DNA of 63,511 nucleotides, filler included, from Octopus bimaculoides (GCF_001194135.2; 4 parts of 4 records of this genome joined end to end with filler, not necessarily neighbours in it); one strand, 5' to 3'; counted from the whole stretch's first letter, positions 26,996-40,088 are shown. Numbers and translations are program-made. Notes: generated by a model from the letters alone, not told the origin.

Positions 26996-27323
26996 ATCGT
27001 AGAAAGTTAAATGTCTTGAATATATATATATATATATATATANNNNNNNNNNNNNNNNNNNNNNNNNNNNNNNNNNNNNNNNNNNNNNNNNNNNNNNNNN
27101 NNNNNNNNNNNNNNNNNNNNNNNNNNNNNNNNNNNNNNNNNNNNNNNNNNNNNNNNNNNNNNNNNNNNNNNNNNNNNNNNNNNNNNNNNNNNNNNNNNNN
27201 NNNNNNNNNNNNNNNNNNNNNNNNNNNNNNNNNNNNNNNNNNNNNNNNNNNNNNNNNNNNNNNNNNNNNNNNNNNNNNNNNNNNNNNNNNNNNNNNNNNN
27301 NNNNNNNNNNNNNNNNNNNNNNN

Positions 27324-27367
<44 letters not shown>

Positions 27368-27784
27368 TGTGTGCGTGCGTGTTTATGGAGAAAGGGATAT
27401 ACCTCTGAATATCTCTCAGCAAAAGGCATCGACAGAATAATTACTGGTCGTGACAAAAAAGCACATAGTGTGATTCATTTGGTTAAAATTATTTAAGGTG
27501 GTGCCCGAGTATGTCTACAGTGTCATGACAGAAACAAGTAAAAGATAAAATATATAAATGCCTGTGTGTGTGTGTGTGCGTGTGTGTGTGTGTGTGTTTG
27601 TGTGCGTGAGTGTGTGTGTGAGTAAGTGTTTGTTGATATGTATGTGTATGTATGTACTTATATGCATATATATATATATATATANNNNNNNNNNNNNNNN
27701 NNNNNNNNNNNNNNNNNNNNNNNNNNNNTTAATTAATTAANNNNNNNNNNNNNNNNNNNNNNNNNNNNNNNNNNNNNNNNNNNN

Positions 27785-28102
27785 ACAAAGACCTGGAAAT
27801 AGAGATAACTCGAATGTGGAATCTAAAAACAGAAACAATTCCTATCATAGTAGGTGCCTTAGGTATAATAAAAAAATATTCAGACAAATACATAACAAAA
27901 ACACCAGGACTTACAAATATATATAACATACAGAAAATTGCACTACTGGGTACTGCACACATTCTACGCAAAACACTTTCAATACAGTAAACATAAGAGC
28001 ACCACAGCAAACTACAGCACATACCCAAGGCGCACAGAGCTGCGCTCGGTAGTGAAGTGAAAGCACGTTATAAAAATAAAACTACTGAACAATAATAATA
28101 AT
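27785..28102 (+). mobile_element. R4/Dong-like non-LTR retrotransposon 3' end, young copy
   Basis: Open frame KDLEIEITRMWNLKTETIPIIVGALG...LLGTAHILRKTLSIQ* (stop 27988-27990), 3' UTR and (AAT)4. Differs from the 7432-7689 copy by 4 substitutions and one 6-bp indel. Confidence 0.85.
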
Positions 28103-28349
28103 ATAACAGTTAATCCAAATAAAACTAATAATAATTATAACAGTAAAAATATGAATAATGATAAAAGACAATATAACAAACTAAAGATAAAAACAATATA
28201 GTTGTTATTAATGATTACAATAATTATAGTACTATTGATAATGAGAATATGAGCAATAGTAAGAAACATAGGAAAGTATACAAGCAGATATATAATATAC
28301 TTAAGAACAATTTAATACCGATGATGTCTAGTAATGATGATATAAAAAA

Positions 28350-29065
28350 AATATAAAAAATAAAAAGTATATATGGTTAATTATTCCGTGTGGGGCTTAA
28401 GTGATGACTAATATTATTAAGGAGACACTTAGAATTGTAAAAATGGTTTTTAAAAAGGACAACAGTTATGCAAATATATTTTCCAATAAAAGCATAAGAG
28501 TGGGATACTCAACATCGAGAAATGTAGGTAATATCATTTCCTCTATAAATAATAAGAAATTAAATAATTATTATAATAGCATAATAATAATAGCTCTAGC
28601 AATAATATAACCGATAGTGATAGAAGTCTTAATTAACATATAAAAAAATGCTCATGTGATAAGACAAAATGTAAGCTCTCTAATAACTGTAATACTGATA
28701 ATGTTATTTATAAATGTATAGTAAGCTCTAAGAACAATAATAATAAAATTATAAATAAGGCTTATATTGGATCAACAGCTTATATTGGATCAAGACTACC
28801 AGACCTTCAAAAATCCTAATTTAAGTAAGTAAGTCCACAGGCTTAAGTAAATATGAATAGGAATTAAAATCTAGAAAAAGAGAGTACACCCTTAATTGGA
28901 GTATAATAGGTAGAGCCCACTCCTATAATATTGGGAATAAAATGTGTTTATTATGCATAACAGAATTTATGAAACTACTACAGTCTAGAGATGAATTATT
29001 AAACACATGATGAACGTGGATTTAAATGTAGGCACCGAAGTAATTTTACCTTCAATAAAATGAAA
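28350..29065 (+). mobile_element. Penelope-like element, C-terminal GIY-YIG endonuclease region (degenerate)
   Basis: IWLIIP..TNIIKETLRIVKMVFKKDNSYANIFSNKSIRVGYSTSRNVGNIISS; CSCDKTKCKLSNNC..NVIYKCIV...KAYIGST; WSIIGRAHSYNIGNKMCLLCITE; KCRHRSNF. These are PLE-typical motifs in the expected order. Confidence 0.85.
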
Positions 29066-29821
29066 TACTGAACACCCACCCCTGAATCAAATATCCACAC
29101 AATTTTATTTCTACAGCATTTGAATAGACTATATAAATAAATGAATATTTTAAATAAATAAATGAATTAAATATTACTAAAATTATATCTCTCTCCCAAC
29201 ATAAGCTAATAGAGGCTAGTTTAAATTTAAACTATGCATAGTGTAATTACCCCCCCCCTTGGTACTAATCACCTATAAATTCCCATAGTTCCCTGCTATC
29301 TTCTTCCTCTAATCACCATTTTGAAAACTAATCTTGCTACTACCAAAAAGGAAGATATGTATTTGAATTTTTCTTGTTATATTTCTCATTTAAACAGCCA
29401 TTTTTATTCTGAAGTATAATTTTATCTCTTATAAATTGTATTTGACATTATATACTTGACTTTACAAGGTTGATACATATACTAATTCATATTCATAATG
29501 TATAATTTATAAATTAATTGAAATATTACAAAGTATGTTTTTTATTCTTTATTTTAAATTTTTAATGTTTAATGCTTAATTTTATTGCTTATTTTTTAAA
29601 GGGATGTAAAATTATATTTATGATATTTTGAAAAAGAACCGGAAGATGTGTTGGAATAATTGTAAATCTGATGATTGCATATATGTACTTATGTGTGGTA
29701 AGCTGTTTGTTTCCGAATTATAATACTTACACGTTGTTCAGTCCCACTGTGTGGCACCTTAGGCCTCTTCTATAACACTGGGTTAGTCAAAGCCTTGTGA
29801 GTTGATTACGTACACGGAAAC

Positions 29822-29863
<42 letters not shown>

Positions 29864-29904
29864 TAATAAATGGAGTAATACGCATATGTTAAATGAATTC
29901 TTTT

Positions 29905-29994
29905 ATTTCCGACATATGTTTCGAAGATTACAAATGGTTCCTTCCAAAGAAATGAGTGATGTTGATAAAGATGTAATCTTCTCTTCGGGGAAAT
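29905..29994 (-). ncRNA. Type I hammerhead ribozyme, core-mutated copy (CCGAAGA)
   Basis: atttcc-CCGAAGA-gaagattaca..tgtaatcttc-GAAA-CATATGTC-ggaaat. 6-bp stem I and 10-bp stem II; the conserved U4 is C. Confidence 0.75.
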
Positions 29995-30483
29995 TCATAA
30001 GAGCCAGCTTAACCGTAAAACAATTGAGAATTTTAAATGTCTTTAACTTTCTAAGACATATCAAAGCTTCTGAAAGCAATCTTAGTTTGTTTGTTTACGT
30101 TTATCGTAAGATGAATTTAAAACATATAGATATTTTCTTCTCCCTACTTTATTACGTATAAAATACTGCTCTACACAAAATAGATCCGTCCACTTTATTT
30201 TATTCATTGGTAAATCCTTGTATCAACACCTATAGTGCGTGGATATCGAAGGAAACTTTGGTAATAATATTAACTTAGTTTAAACAAGTAATTTTTACTC
30301 CGTTAATCCCTTATTTTCCCCCTCTAATTTCCATTTCCCTTAACAACATACTCTTTCTTTAGCATTCATCACCTTTATATATTGTCATACACTTACAAGA
30401 TCATACAAGCTTCATTTTTCTATATATATAACATTGCCATTACTTTTATTACCGTGCGTTTATCGTGTGTGTGTGTACATATA

Positions 30484-30727
<244 letters not shown>

Positions 30728-30970
30728 ATCTCAACACTACATGTTTAAATACAAGATTATTTACCCTCTGCAGTCCCATTATACATAAAACACTAGTTTT
30801 AAATCATTTTATTGACTTCCCTTTCTAAATTCTAGTTTTCTATTTTTCCTTTTTTTCTTCCCTCCTTTGCATTTTCCAATGGTTTTTTCAAATAAGATAT
30901 GTAGCAATCTTCTCTACCCGCAGTTGTCGCATTCGGTTAAAATGTCTTACGGTTAAGCTGGCTCTTATGA

Positions 30971-31060
30971 ATTTCCCTGAAGAGAAGATTAAAACTTTAT
31001 CAACATCACTCATTCCTTTGGAAGGAACCATTTGTAATCTTCGAAACATATGTCGGAAAT
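30971..31060 (+). ncRNA. Type I hammerhead ribozyme, intact core
   Basis: Stem I atttcc (30971-76)/ggaaat (31055-60); core CTGAAGA (30977-83); stem II gaagatta/taatcttc; GAAA (31043-46); palindromic stem III ACATATGT; GUC cleavage triplet ending at 31054. Confidence 0.88.
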
Positions 31061-31754
31061 AAAAGAATTCATTTAACATATGCGTATTACTCCATTTATT
31101 CAATTTTATATTTATTCAAAATACCCCAAATTAACAGGGAGTTTCTACCTCGTAAACGGGAGTTACACCACAGTTATTTTGTGATCTTTGCTACCCTGGT
31201 ATCTACTAACCAATTTGTTTTGTCGGAGTTAATTGTTAACTAAGAGAAAATAAATACATATAATCATGTGTGTGTGTGTGTGCGTGCGTGTGTGTGTGTG
31301 TATGTATGTATGTATGTNNNNNNNNNNNNNNNNNNNNNNNNNNNNNNNNNNNNNNNNNNNNNNNNNNNNNNNNNNNNNNNNNNNNNNNNNNNNNNNNNNN
31401 NNNNNNNNNNNNNNNNNNNNNNNNNNNNNNNNNNNNNNNNNNNNNNNNNNNNNNNNNNNNNNNNNNNNNNNNNNNNNNNNNNNNNNNNNNNNNNNNNNNN
31501 NNNNNNNNNNNNNNNNNNNNNNNNNNNNNNNNNNNNNNNNNNNNNNNNNNNNNNNNNNNNNNNNNNNNNNNNNNNNNNNNNNNNNNNNNNNNNNNNNNNN
31601 NNNNNNNNNNNNNNNNNNNNNNNNNNNNNNNNNNNNNNNNNNNNNNNNNNNNNNNNNNNNNNNNNNNNNNNNNNNNNNNNNNNNNNNNNNNNNNNNNNNN
31701 NNNNNNNNNNNNNNNNNNNNNNNNNNNNNNNNNNNNNNNNNNNNATATATATAT

Positions 31755-31875
31755 ACATATATATATACGCTTCCGTGTACCAAATCAACTCACAAGGCTT
31801 TGACCGACCCAGTGCTATAGTAGAAGAGGCCTAAGGTGCCATGCAGTGGGACTGAACAAGGTATAAGTATTATAG
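31755..31875 (-). mobile_element. SINE family B, head fragment
   Basis: cttccgtgtaccaaatcaactcacaaggctttgaccgacccagtgctatagtagaag...aggtgccatgcagtgggactgaac. Confidence 0.75.
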
Positions 31876-32209
31876 TTCGGAAACAAACAGCTTACCACAC
31901 AGCTACGACTACATCTATTTACAAATATATACATACCTACATACATACATACATACATACATGCATACATACATACATATCCCCACTCCACATCCTACCT
32001 CACACACCCTCCCTTCCTCTGTTCATTGATACTCCACCCCACATCTACACCACCCCACATTACTCCACACACATACCACTATATCATCAGTCACATGCTG
32101 CAGATGCACAAACACACTTAAACACGTACACACCCAGACTTGACAAAGACTTGAAAAAATCACTAGCCCCTATTCACACACACACACACATTTACACACT
32201 CACACATAC

Positions 32210-32315
32210 CATTCTCATATACACACATTCTCATATACACCATTCTCATATACACCATTCTTATATACACCATTCTCATATACACCATTCTCATATACAC
32301 CATTCTCATATACAC
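32210..32315. repeat. 15-bp minisatellite (CATTCTCATATACAC) x ~7
   Basis: Direct reading. Explains the HHSHI repeats in ORF 31836-32450. Confidence 0.92.
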
Positions 32316-32399
32316 ACCATTTTTACAGGCACATACACGCACGTGCACCTTCATTGGGATCGCCATCACTTAATTATCTCCTGTTCTTTCAAGGACATC

Positions 32400-32545
32400 G
32401 ATTCCGAGGACACAAAATTTGGGGGGGGAACAATTAGGGGTTACTTTTGAGAACTGTTCCCCATTCGGGGGTGTTTCGGAATAAGTCGTCCATATTTGTT
32501 TCATTTTCTCCGTTTTGTGCGTTTGTGCATCCGTAGATTTCTACT
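32400..32545 (-). mobile_element. Inverted fragment related to the Helitron 5' region at 32882-33020
   Basis: gtagaaatctacggatgcacaaacgcac...aaacaaatatggacgactt.ttc.gaaacacc is shared in opposite orientation. Confidence 0.75.
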
Positions 32546-32797
32546 GAAGCATCAAAAAGGCAATGAAGGCAAATGAAACCCTCACCAGAAAACTCGTTAT
32601 GCTTAAAATAACATCTAAAGGCCTGTTACACAGAAATATGTTATTAAGACGACTTATCTGTTGTATACGATTTTTTTTCACTTTAAGTAAATTCCCAGGT
32701 AAACGTTTCCAATAGAAAGGCAGAAGACACCAGAAGCAAAAATAAGGAATATACTCGCAGTTAGATATAGAAGTATAAGGTATAATTTGTTACTTAA

Positions 32798-35122
32798 TCT
32801 CTATAATAAACGTGATATTGAATGGAATAAGTCCACGTTTGAACATTTTTTAATTACGTGTGTGTGTGTGTGTGTGTGTTGGTAGAAATCTACGGATGCA
32901 CAAACGCACTAAACGAAGAAAATGAAACAAATATGGACGACTTGTTCAGAAACACCCACGAGTGGGGAATACTTCTCTAAAATAACCCCCAATTGTTTTC
33001 CTCCAAAATTTCTATGTTCTCAGAATCTACATAGTCCGGGGTATATTTGTAGGGAATTTCATTTTAAAATATTCATTTTCTTGAAAGTTAAGACGAATTG
33101 AAGTGGAGTCCGGTGAATTTTCAGCAATTCCCCACCCACCCCTTCTAAAACACTTGCCCCACAAAATTTTATATATTCGGAATCTACACGATATAACCCA
33201 TATTCGTAGAAAATTTCGTTAAAAAAATATCCATTTTTATGAAAGTTATGATCATCCAAAGTTGGGCGGGGCGCAAAAATCTGTAGTTATGCCAATTTGT
33301 CTACAATATCAAAGTCAGCCAAAAGAATGTCTGTTCAGGTAAAGAGAGATAGCTGCAGGAATGGAAGCATACTAAGAAACGAACCAAGTGATGAACAAAG
33401 GTATCCACGACTGATAAGGAATAGGATCTCCACTGCAGAACGAAGTGCAGTTGCAACAGCTCAGAGAAGCAACTTCTATGAAGTAGCTTTCAATTATTAT
33501 CCAGCAGTTCATTATGCAGATGACACCAGAGTTTCCATCGGGGCAATGACAACTGAGTGCATACATTGTAATGCAAAGAAGTAGTCTGGAGAGACACCTA
33601 CACTGTGCTGCAGTGGTGGAAAGGTTAAACTCACTGCAACCCACCCCCACCCCCACCTCCGGAGTCACTGAAGAAAACGTTGTCATCAACTGACCAAGAT
33701 TCCAAGCACTTCCAAAACAAAATTAGACAGTACAATGCTGCACTACAGATAACATCATTTGGAGCCACAAAAGATATAAATGAGCTAGGATTCATGCAAA
33801 CTTTCAAGATCCAAGGTCATATTTATCATCGGACTGGCTCTCTACTACCTCTGTCAAATGACTCACCAAATTTACTTCAAATATATTTTATGGGTGATTC
33901 TCAACAAGAAGAGCAAAAGAGGTGCAAGAACATTTCTAGCATCAGGAGGAACATTATAGTGTCTCTGCAAAAGATGCTGCATAGCAACAACAACCTGATC
34001 AGAAGCTTCAAGACTGCACTTGAAACAATTCCACCCGACTCCATGGATTACAAGGCAGTTATCAGATTAGAAACGAAACCATCCTGTCAACATGGACGGA
34101 GATTTAATGCGCCAACAGCAAATGAAATAGCTGTGCTTCTGGTTGGGCAAGAACATGACAAGCGTGACACTATCCTTCATCTCAGAGACAGTACACTGAC
34201 AGACACAGTCCAACTACAAATGGAAGCTCCCCAAAATACCATACTCACAGCATTATTCAAGCTGTCAAGATGATGAATTTACTACAAGACTGTTATACAA
34301 TGAAGTTCCACAATTCTATACCTGGTACCAAAACAAAAGGAAAAGACGTGCACTTGGAGCATCCACACATCATCTGGGAATCAAGAAATGAGACACACTT
34401 AGCAGAGTCTATGTTGTCCATCCCAACTATTTAGAGTGCGACTATCTAAGGCTTCTATTACACCATGCCACATGTCAAGTATATTGCCAGGCTTGCCATC
34501 TCAGGAGTCCTCTGGAAGATGATGCACACTGGGATGCCACTTTGATATAGGTACAAATGTGCAAGTCTCCTATGCAGCTGAGAAACCCCATCTCCATCAT
34601 GACAACATGATGGATGAGAATGTCTTCATTCCAAGGATATTCTCATCTCAAATGATCTCTCATTTCAGTTCAAGAGAATACAGTTTCCTGTTTAACTTAG
34701 CTTTGCAATGTCTATCAACAAAGCACAAGGTTAATCTCTAAAGGACTTAACCTCCTTCAACCGTCCTTCTCACATGGTCAGCTGTAAGTTGGATATTCTA
34801 CAGTTGGAGGTGATAAGAACTTCTACATTCTCAGTGATAAACATGGCAAGACAGAAAACAGTATATGAAGAAGCACTTACATGAATAGTATGTACATGTC
34901 ATATACAGAAGTGTAAAACTACTGAGTGTTAAAGTATTACTATTACACTTCCACTTTTCGACTGACATGCGTGAATGCATTGTGTGTATAAAAGTGAAAC
35001 AATAACATAATATATTCGCTCTGTGTGTGTGTGCGCGCGCGCGTATTATTAAGGCGGTGTTTTCACAATTTACAAACAAAAGGCACAAGTATAGACGTCA
35101 CTAAGGTGACTAAGGTTACTAG
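32798..35122 (+). mobile_element. Internally deleted Helitron (RepHel remnants) with both predicted termini
   Basis: 5' A|TCTCTATAATAAA at 32797/32798; 3' hairpin GTCAC-taag-GTGAC (35097-35110) then CTAG|T (35119-35123). Coding remnants: CIHCNAKK..ETPTLCCSGGKVKL; IRQYNAALQITSFG...FKIQGHIYHRTGSLLP; RRFNAPTANEIAVLLVG; RVYVVHPN..ECDYLRLLL; LEDDAHWDATL; Pif1-like C-terminus FQFKRIQFPV.LSFAMSINKAQG.SL...FSHGQL. Confidence 0.88.
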
Positions 35123-35129
35123 TCAGCAC

Positions 35130-35500
35130 CAGCATTCTTAGAAACAAGAGTCAGAACAACTTTTAGCCACGGGGGAAGCACTTACCTAATGAATAAATAG
35201 CGAGACAAAGCCAGATCATCGATGATTTCGCATTTGATTAATCCTCCTCATCTCACCCGGTTGCCAAGGGCTAGAGCTAACTCGCCTTGTCAGTTTATAG
35301 GAAATAGAGTAGGAATCAGAGGCTGATTCCATATAGGCTAAAAGTAAAAGTTACCTGGGCCATAATAGATTCTAATGTCCCATACCAATACCAGCGCTCT
35401 GCATGTGGACTCTGCGTGAAGGGAGCCTTCCAAATATTAATTCATGATTCATCACAATTACTTAATAGACAGCATGAAACATTCTCTTCTATCATTTCTA
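35130..35500 (+). mobile_element. Penelope-like GIY-YIG C-terminal relic (second family)
   Basis: VKVTWAIIDSNVPYQYQRSACGLCVKGAFQILIHDSSQLLNRQHE matches the PLE pattern WSII....Y....CxLC..E...I......LLN.R.E. Confidence 0.65.
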
Positions 35501-35796
35501 TCTCTTCTATCTTTAAGTTCTTACACAGGTCCAAATGCAAGCAAAATCAATACGCATGACACTTGCCTATCTACATTCACAGTCGTTGCAATATGCGTGC
35601 GTTTTTCCTGCAATATTTTTTTTAATTGTCACCTTTTAATTGTTATTCTTTTTTAAATTTTAAACATATAAGTTAGGCATCTATTTCTAGCATTTTAGCT
35701 CTGCTTACCGACCACTAAACTAAAGTTAAATATTCTTTCTAACCACGCTGGACCTAGAATTCATCTATCTATCTAATTACCCTTTAATAGCCATAA

Positions 35797-35848
35797 ATTA
35801 GGGTTTTGGTAACGTAGAGGTTCTCCTCTACGTTACCAAAACCTTAAT
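35797..35848. repeat. Near-perfect hairpin (24-bp stem with one G-T, 4-nt loop)
   Basis: atta-g-ggttttggtaacgtagagg TTCT cctctacgttaccaaaacc-t-taat. The inner 19 bp are perfect. Confidence 0.95.
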
Positions 35849-36481
35849 CCCTGACCTCTCACCTGGAACCTACCCTGTCGAAGAATAATACCTGACTCTT
35901 ATCTTTTATCTTTATCTTTGTTTTTAGTTTTAGTTTTATTTTTACTTTTGCTCTCATTCTTTCTATTTCCAGTACCTATCCTCTTCCTTTCTTTTCTCTC
36001 TTCTATCTACTCACTTACAACCCTCACCTTTCTCTCTGATCTATCTGTCTATCATGATGTTTATCTCTCTTACACCCACATGGACAATTTTTCTTACAAA
36101 CTAACCACTTTATTTATTCCTTCAATCTGAATGCAACATACCAAATATTGCCTGGATTTACCTGGGACTATACCTTCACGGAATACAGACTAACTTCTAA
36201 ACCCTCTAGAACAAGATGAGCTGTGAACTTTATTCTCCTGTCTTTATTCTTCTATCTACTGTTTTATTCTTTTATACACTGAATTCTCTGTCTAGAACTT
36301 TCCTACATACATACCTTGCTTCTGATGGCGGTCGTCCTGCCTTGGTGTTGTTATCCATTTTCCTTTAATGTATGTATGTATGTATGTATGTATGTATGTA
36401 TGTATGTATGTATGCATGCATGTATGTATGTATAACAGAAACGACAGAGATGGTAAATGGAAAATACAGGAAACTTCATTG

Positions 36482-36587
36482 ATCACTACGATCGTTTCGA
36501 CACATCCTGCATCGCTCCCTCGTGGATGAGAAACTATACGCTTAATTTCGGTGTATCACACAATGCGGAAGCTTCTCGTCAGGTGAT
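36482..36587 (-). ncRNA. Type I hammerhead ribozyme, intact core, long stem II insertion
   Basis: Minus strand: atcac-CTGACGA-ga...tccgcat...atgcagga...tc-GAAA-CGATCGTA-gtgat. Stem I atcac/gtgat, palindromic stem III ACGATCGT, GUA site between 36487 and 36486. Confidence 0.8.
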
Positions 36588-37068
36588 GTAATAATGTGTC
36601 TCGTTTTATATGCAACTTTCGTTCTTTCAGATTCACTAGAGCATGTTTTTAGTGGTTGTATCTTTAATACATATAATACATTAAATGGCTAGGAACAGGT
36701 TTAGTTGCAAAGCTATAGATACAAACGAGAAGTAATTCAGAAATACAAATAACAAGGGAAATAGATCATACAATAAAGGAAAATAAAATAAACTATTGAA
36801 TCAGTACACATCACACCGTTAGTCGCTTACACACACACAAGCACACACACACAAACACACACATACACGCACACGCACACACGCACCACCCAGCCCCCAC
36901 ACACACACGCTGTCTCATATTTATAGTCAAGCATATGGCAATAAATCTTTTGATAGCTATCCAGCCATCCTAGCGTGAAGCCGGTGGGCCAGATAGCATA
37001 CTTAAAGCGTAATACGACCATAACTCTTGACAGCTATTTCACACATACTTATATCCCAGTATACGCCA

Positions 37069-37111
<43 letters not shown>

Positions 37112-37211
37112 NNNNNNNNNNNNNNNNNNNNNNNNNNNNNNNNNNNNNNNNNNNNNNNNNNNNNNNNNNNNNNNNNNNNNNNNNNNNNNNNNNNNNNNNN
37201 NNNNNNNNNNN

Positions 37212-40052
37212 GGGACCTAATGGTGGCTCTGTTGCCTCGTTGCGCCTCCGCTACTCGGGCCACTCGGGCCGCTCCAACTCCCTCGTCCCTCAGAGCATGC
37301 ATCCTAGCTCTGACAATGCATCCTTCGTGTTTGGCATTGAAGTGTTGGTCGAGGGCCAACCACGCCACCATTACGTTGGACGCGATGCCAGTTCTAAGTG
37401 CCTCTTCTAATTTCTTAACTAGGTCTCCTTCTATTCTATTTCGGTCTAACGCTAGGGCCTTACTGTACCTAACCGAAACTGCTTTGATTGCTTTTTTGAG
37501 GGCATACCACCATCTGTTGTTGATGATGGCACCCGTTAATGCTCTCTTAACTAACGTGCTAATCCGGTCCCTGTAAGCCTGGCGTGCCGTGAACGACGCG
37601 TTCAGCTTCCAGTAATCGGGACCCTGTCTATGTGTCTTATCTAAGTCAAGCGTACAAGTGACAAATTGTGGTCTGTGTAGCTGACTATGTGGAATTATGG
37701 ACAACCTATTCTATCCTTATCCACTGTCCTACAGAATACCCTATCTAAATACGATCTGGACGACCCGATGCGGTTACTCCATGTCCACGTTGGCACATTC
37801 GGGTGGTCCAGTCGGTACCTGTCAGACAGTTGGAAACGTCTGAGCAGGTCTTTGAGGCATTTGCATCCCTTTCTATTGCTATCGCTGCCTGCGTAATCTA
37901 AATGCATGTCCAGGGTAGCGTTCCATTCCCCCACTAAAAGTAAAGGTCGAGAAGTTCTCAAGAAGACCTCTAGACGTCGAAAGAAATCTGGCCGACCTGT
38001 TAAGGACGGTGCATAAACTGCTATCAGTCGAAAAGCACACCCATTGCTGCCGTCGACATCCAAGAGGACCAGCCTACCCTCCGGGACTAGGAAAATNNNN
38101 NNNNNNNNNNNNNNNNNNNNNNNNNNNNNNNNNNNNNNNNNNNNNNNNNNNNNNNNNNNNNNNNNNNNNNNNNNNNNNNNNNNNNNNNNNNNNNNNNNNN
38201 NNNNNNNNNNNNNNNNNNNNNNNNNNNNNNNNNNNNNNNNNNNNNNNNNNNNNNNNNNNNNNNNNNNNNNNNNNNNNNNNNNNNNNNNNNNNNNNNNNNN
38301 NNNNNNNNNNNNNNNNNNNNNNNNNNNNNNNNNNNNNNNNNNNNNNNNNNNNNNNNNNNNNNNNNNNNNNNNNNNNNNNNNNNNNNNNNNNNNNNNNNNN
38401 NNNNNNNNNNNNNNNNNNNNNNNNNNNNNNNNNNNNNNNNNNNNNNNNNNNNNNNNNNNNNNNNNNNNNNNNNNNNNNNNNNNNNNNNNNNNNNNNNNNN
38501 NNNNNNNNNNNNNNNNNNNNNNNNNNNNNNNNNNNNNNNNNNNNNNNNNNNNNNNNNNNNNNNNNNNNNNNNNNNNNNNNNNNNNNNNNNNNNNNNNNNN
38601 NNNNNNNNNNNNNNNNNNNNNNNNNNNNNNNNNNNNNNNNNNNNNNNNNNNNNNNNNNNNNNNNNNNNNNNNNNNNNNNNNNNNNNNNNNNNNNNNNNNN
38701 NNNNNNNNNNNNNNNNNNNNNNNNNNNNNNNNNNNNNNNNNNNNNNNNNNNNNNNNNNNNNNNNNNNNNNNNNNNNNNNNNNNNNNNNNNNNNNNNNNNN
38801 NNNNNNNNNNNNNNNNNNNNNNNNNNNNNNNNNNNNNNNNNNNNNNNNNNNNNNNNNNNNNNNNNNNNNNNNNNNNNNNNNNNNNNNNNNNNNNNNNNNN
38901 NNNNNNNNNNNNNNNNNNNNNNNNNNNNNNNNGTTGGTGCTGTTTCGTGACAGTTAGGATGTGGTTTTTTGGGGTGGGGTGTGAGTTTTTTTCGTGTTCC
39001 CTTCTTCTTGTGGGGTTGTTGGTGGTGGTGGTGATGGTGCTGATTCTGTTCTTGGTGGTACTGGTGGTGTTGTTTGGTTCGGCTGGCTTGCTGGTTGCTG
39101 GCGTTTCTGTATTTCTTTGTACAGCTGCTTGACCAGTTGTGCATATGGCGGTGTGGGCAGTAATGCTGGGTTTTTTCTTGTTTCTGGTTTTCTTGTGGTT
39201 GTTGTTTTTCTTGGTCTTGTTGTTGACGTTGTTGTTGCCTTTGCTCCTGGGCTACTGGGCATGTGCTTCGTAGATGAGTTTTGCTACTACAAACGTAGCA
39301 ACTTGGTCTTCTGCCTTCGACGGCAAGATGGAAACTCGAATCCTCTGTTAATTGGATTCTGTGAGGAATCTTCTCGTAATTGGCTAAATCAACTTGTACA
39401 AGAAGTTGAATTTCTTGGCCAATCCAGTTTTCATTAACCACGGCAGTAAATTCTAAAATATTTACTTCCTCCTCTATGTCGAGACATGTGACAGATACGA
39501 GCCATTTTACCTCAATTTCAGGAGGCACATTTGATATTTTTATCTTTGTAACCCAACGACCAAGGTACGTAGGGATCATGAGCAGGTTCTCATGCTGCAA
39601 TGGCTTTGTGGAGAGGTCCTTGGCTCGCTGCTCGCTGTCGAATCTCACCTCGATTGTTGCGAACTTGGTTCCTCTCGTAATATAGGTTTTATAAGCCCAT
39701 ATAGGCCTTAAATACCTCTCAACCTTTTCCTGACTAAATTTTTCAGGAGTCTTCGTTTTCGTGTTTATCGTTTTGTAGATAATGGTTTTGTTTTCGATGT
39801 TTTTTTAAGTCTGCGGGTATCTGTAGATGGACTGTTATGTCTTTTTTGCTTAGCATACTTTTGCATGCGAATAATTCCTCTTTCGAGAAATTCAATATTT
39901 TTTTCTGGGCTTCAAAGCCTCTGCAAAGTTCGTGTTTGTTGTGGTGGTGGTAGCGGTAGTGCTGGTAGCAGTGGTGAAGACAGTGGTTGTATTAGCAAGG
40001 ACATTTGTGGCGGATGACCTTGCGTCCTTGGTTTTGTCGTTGTTGTTGCTGC

Positions 40053-40088
<36 letters not shown>

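Noticed and set aside
31836-32450. His-rich ORF with HHSHI repeats
   Set aside because: It is explained by a SINE fragment, (ATAC)n, a 15-bp minisatellite and a Helitron-related fragment.
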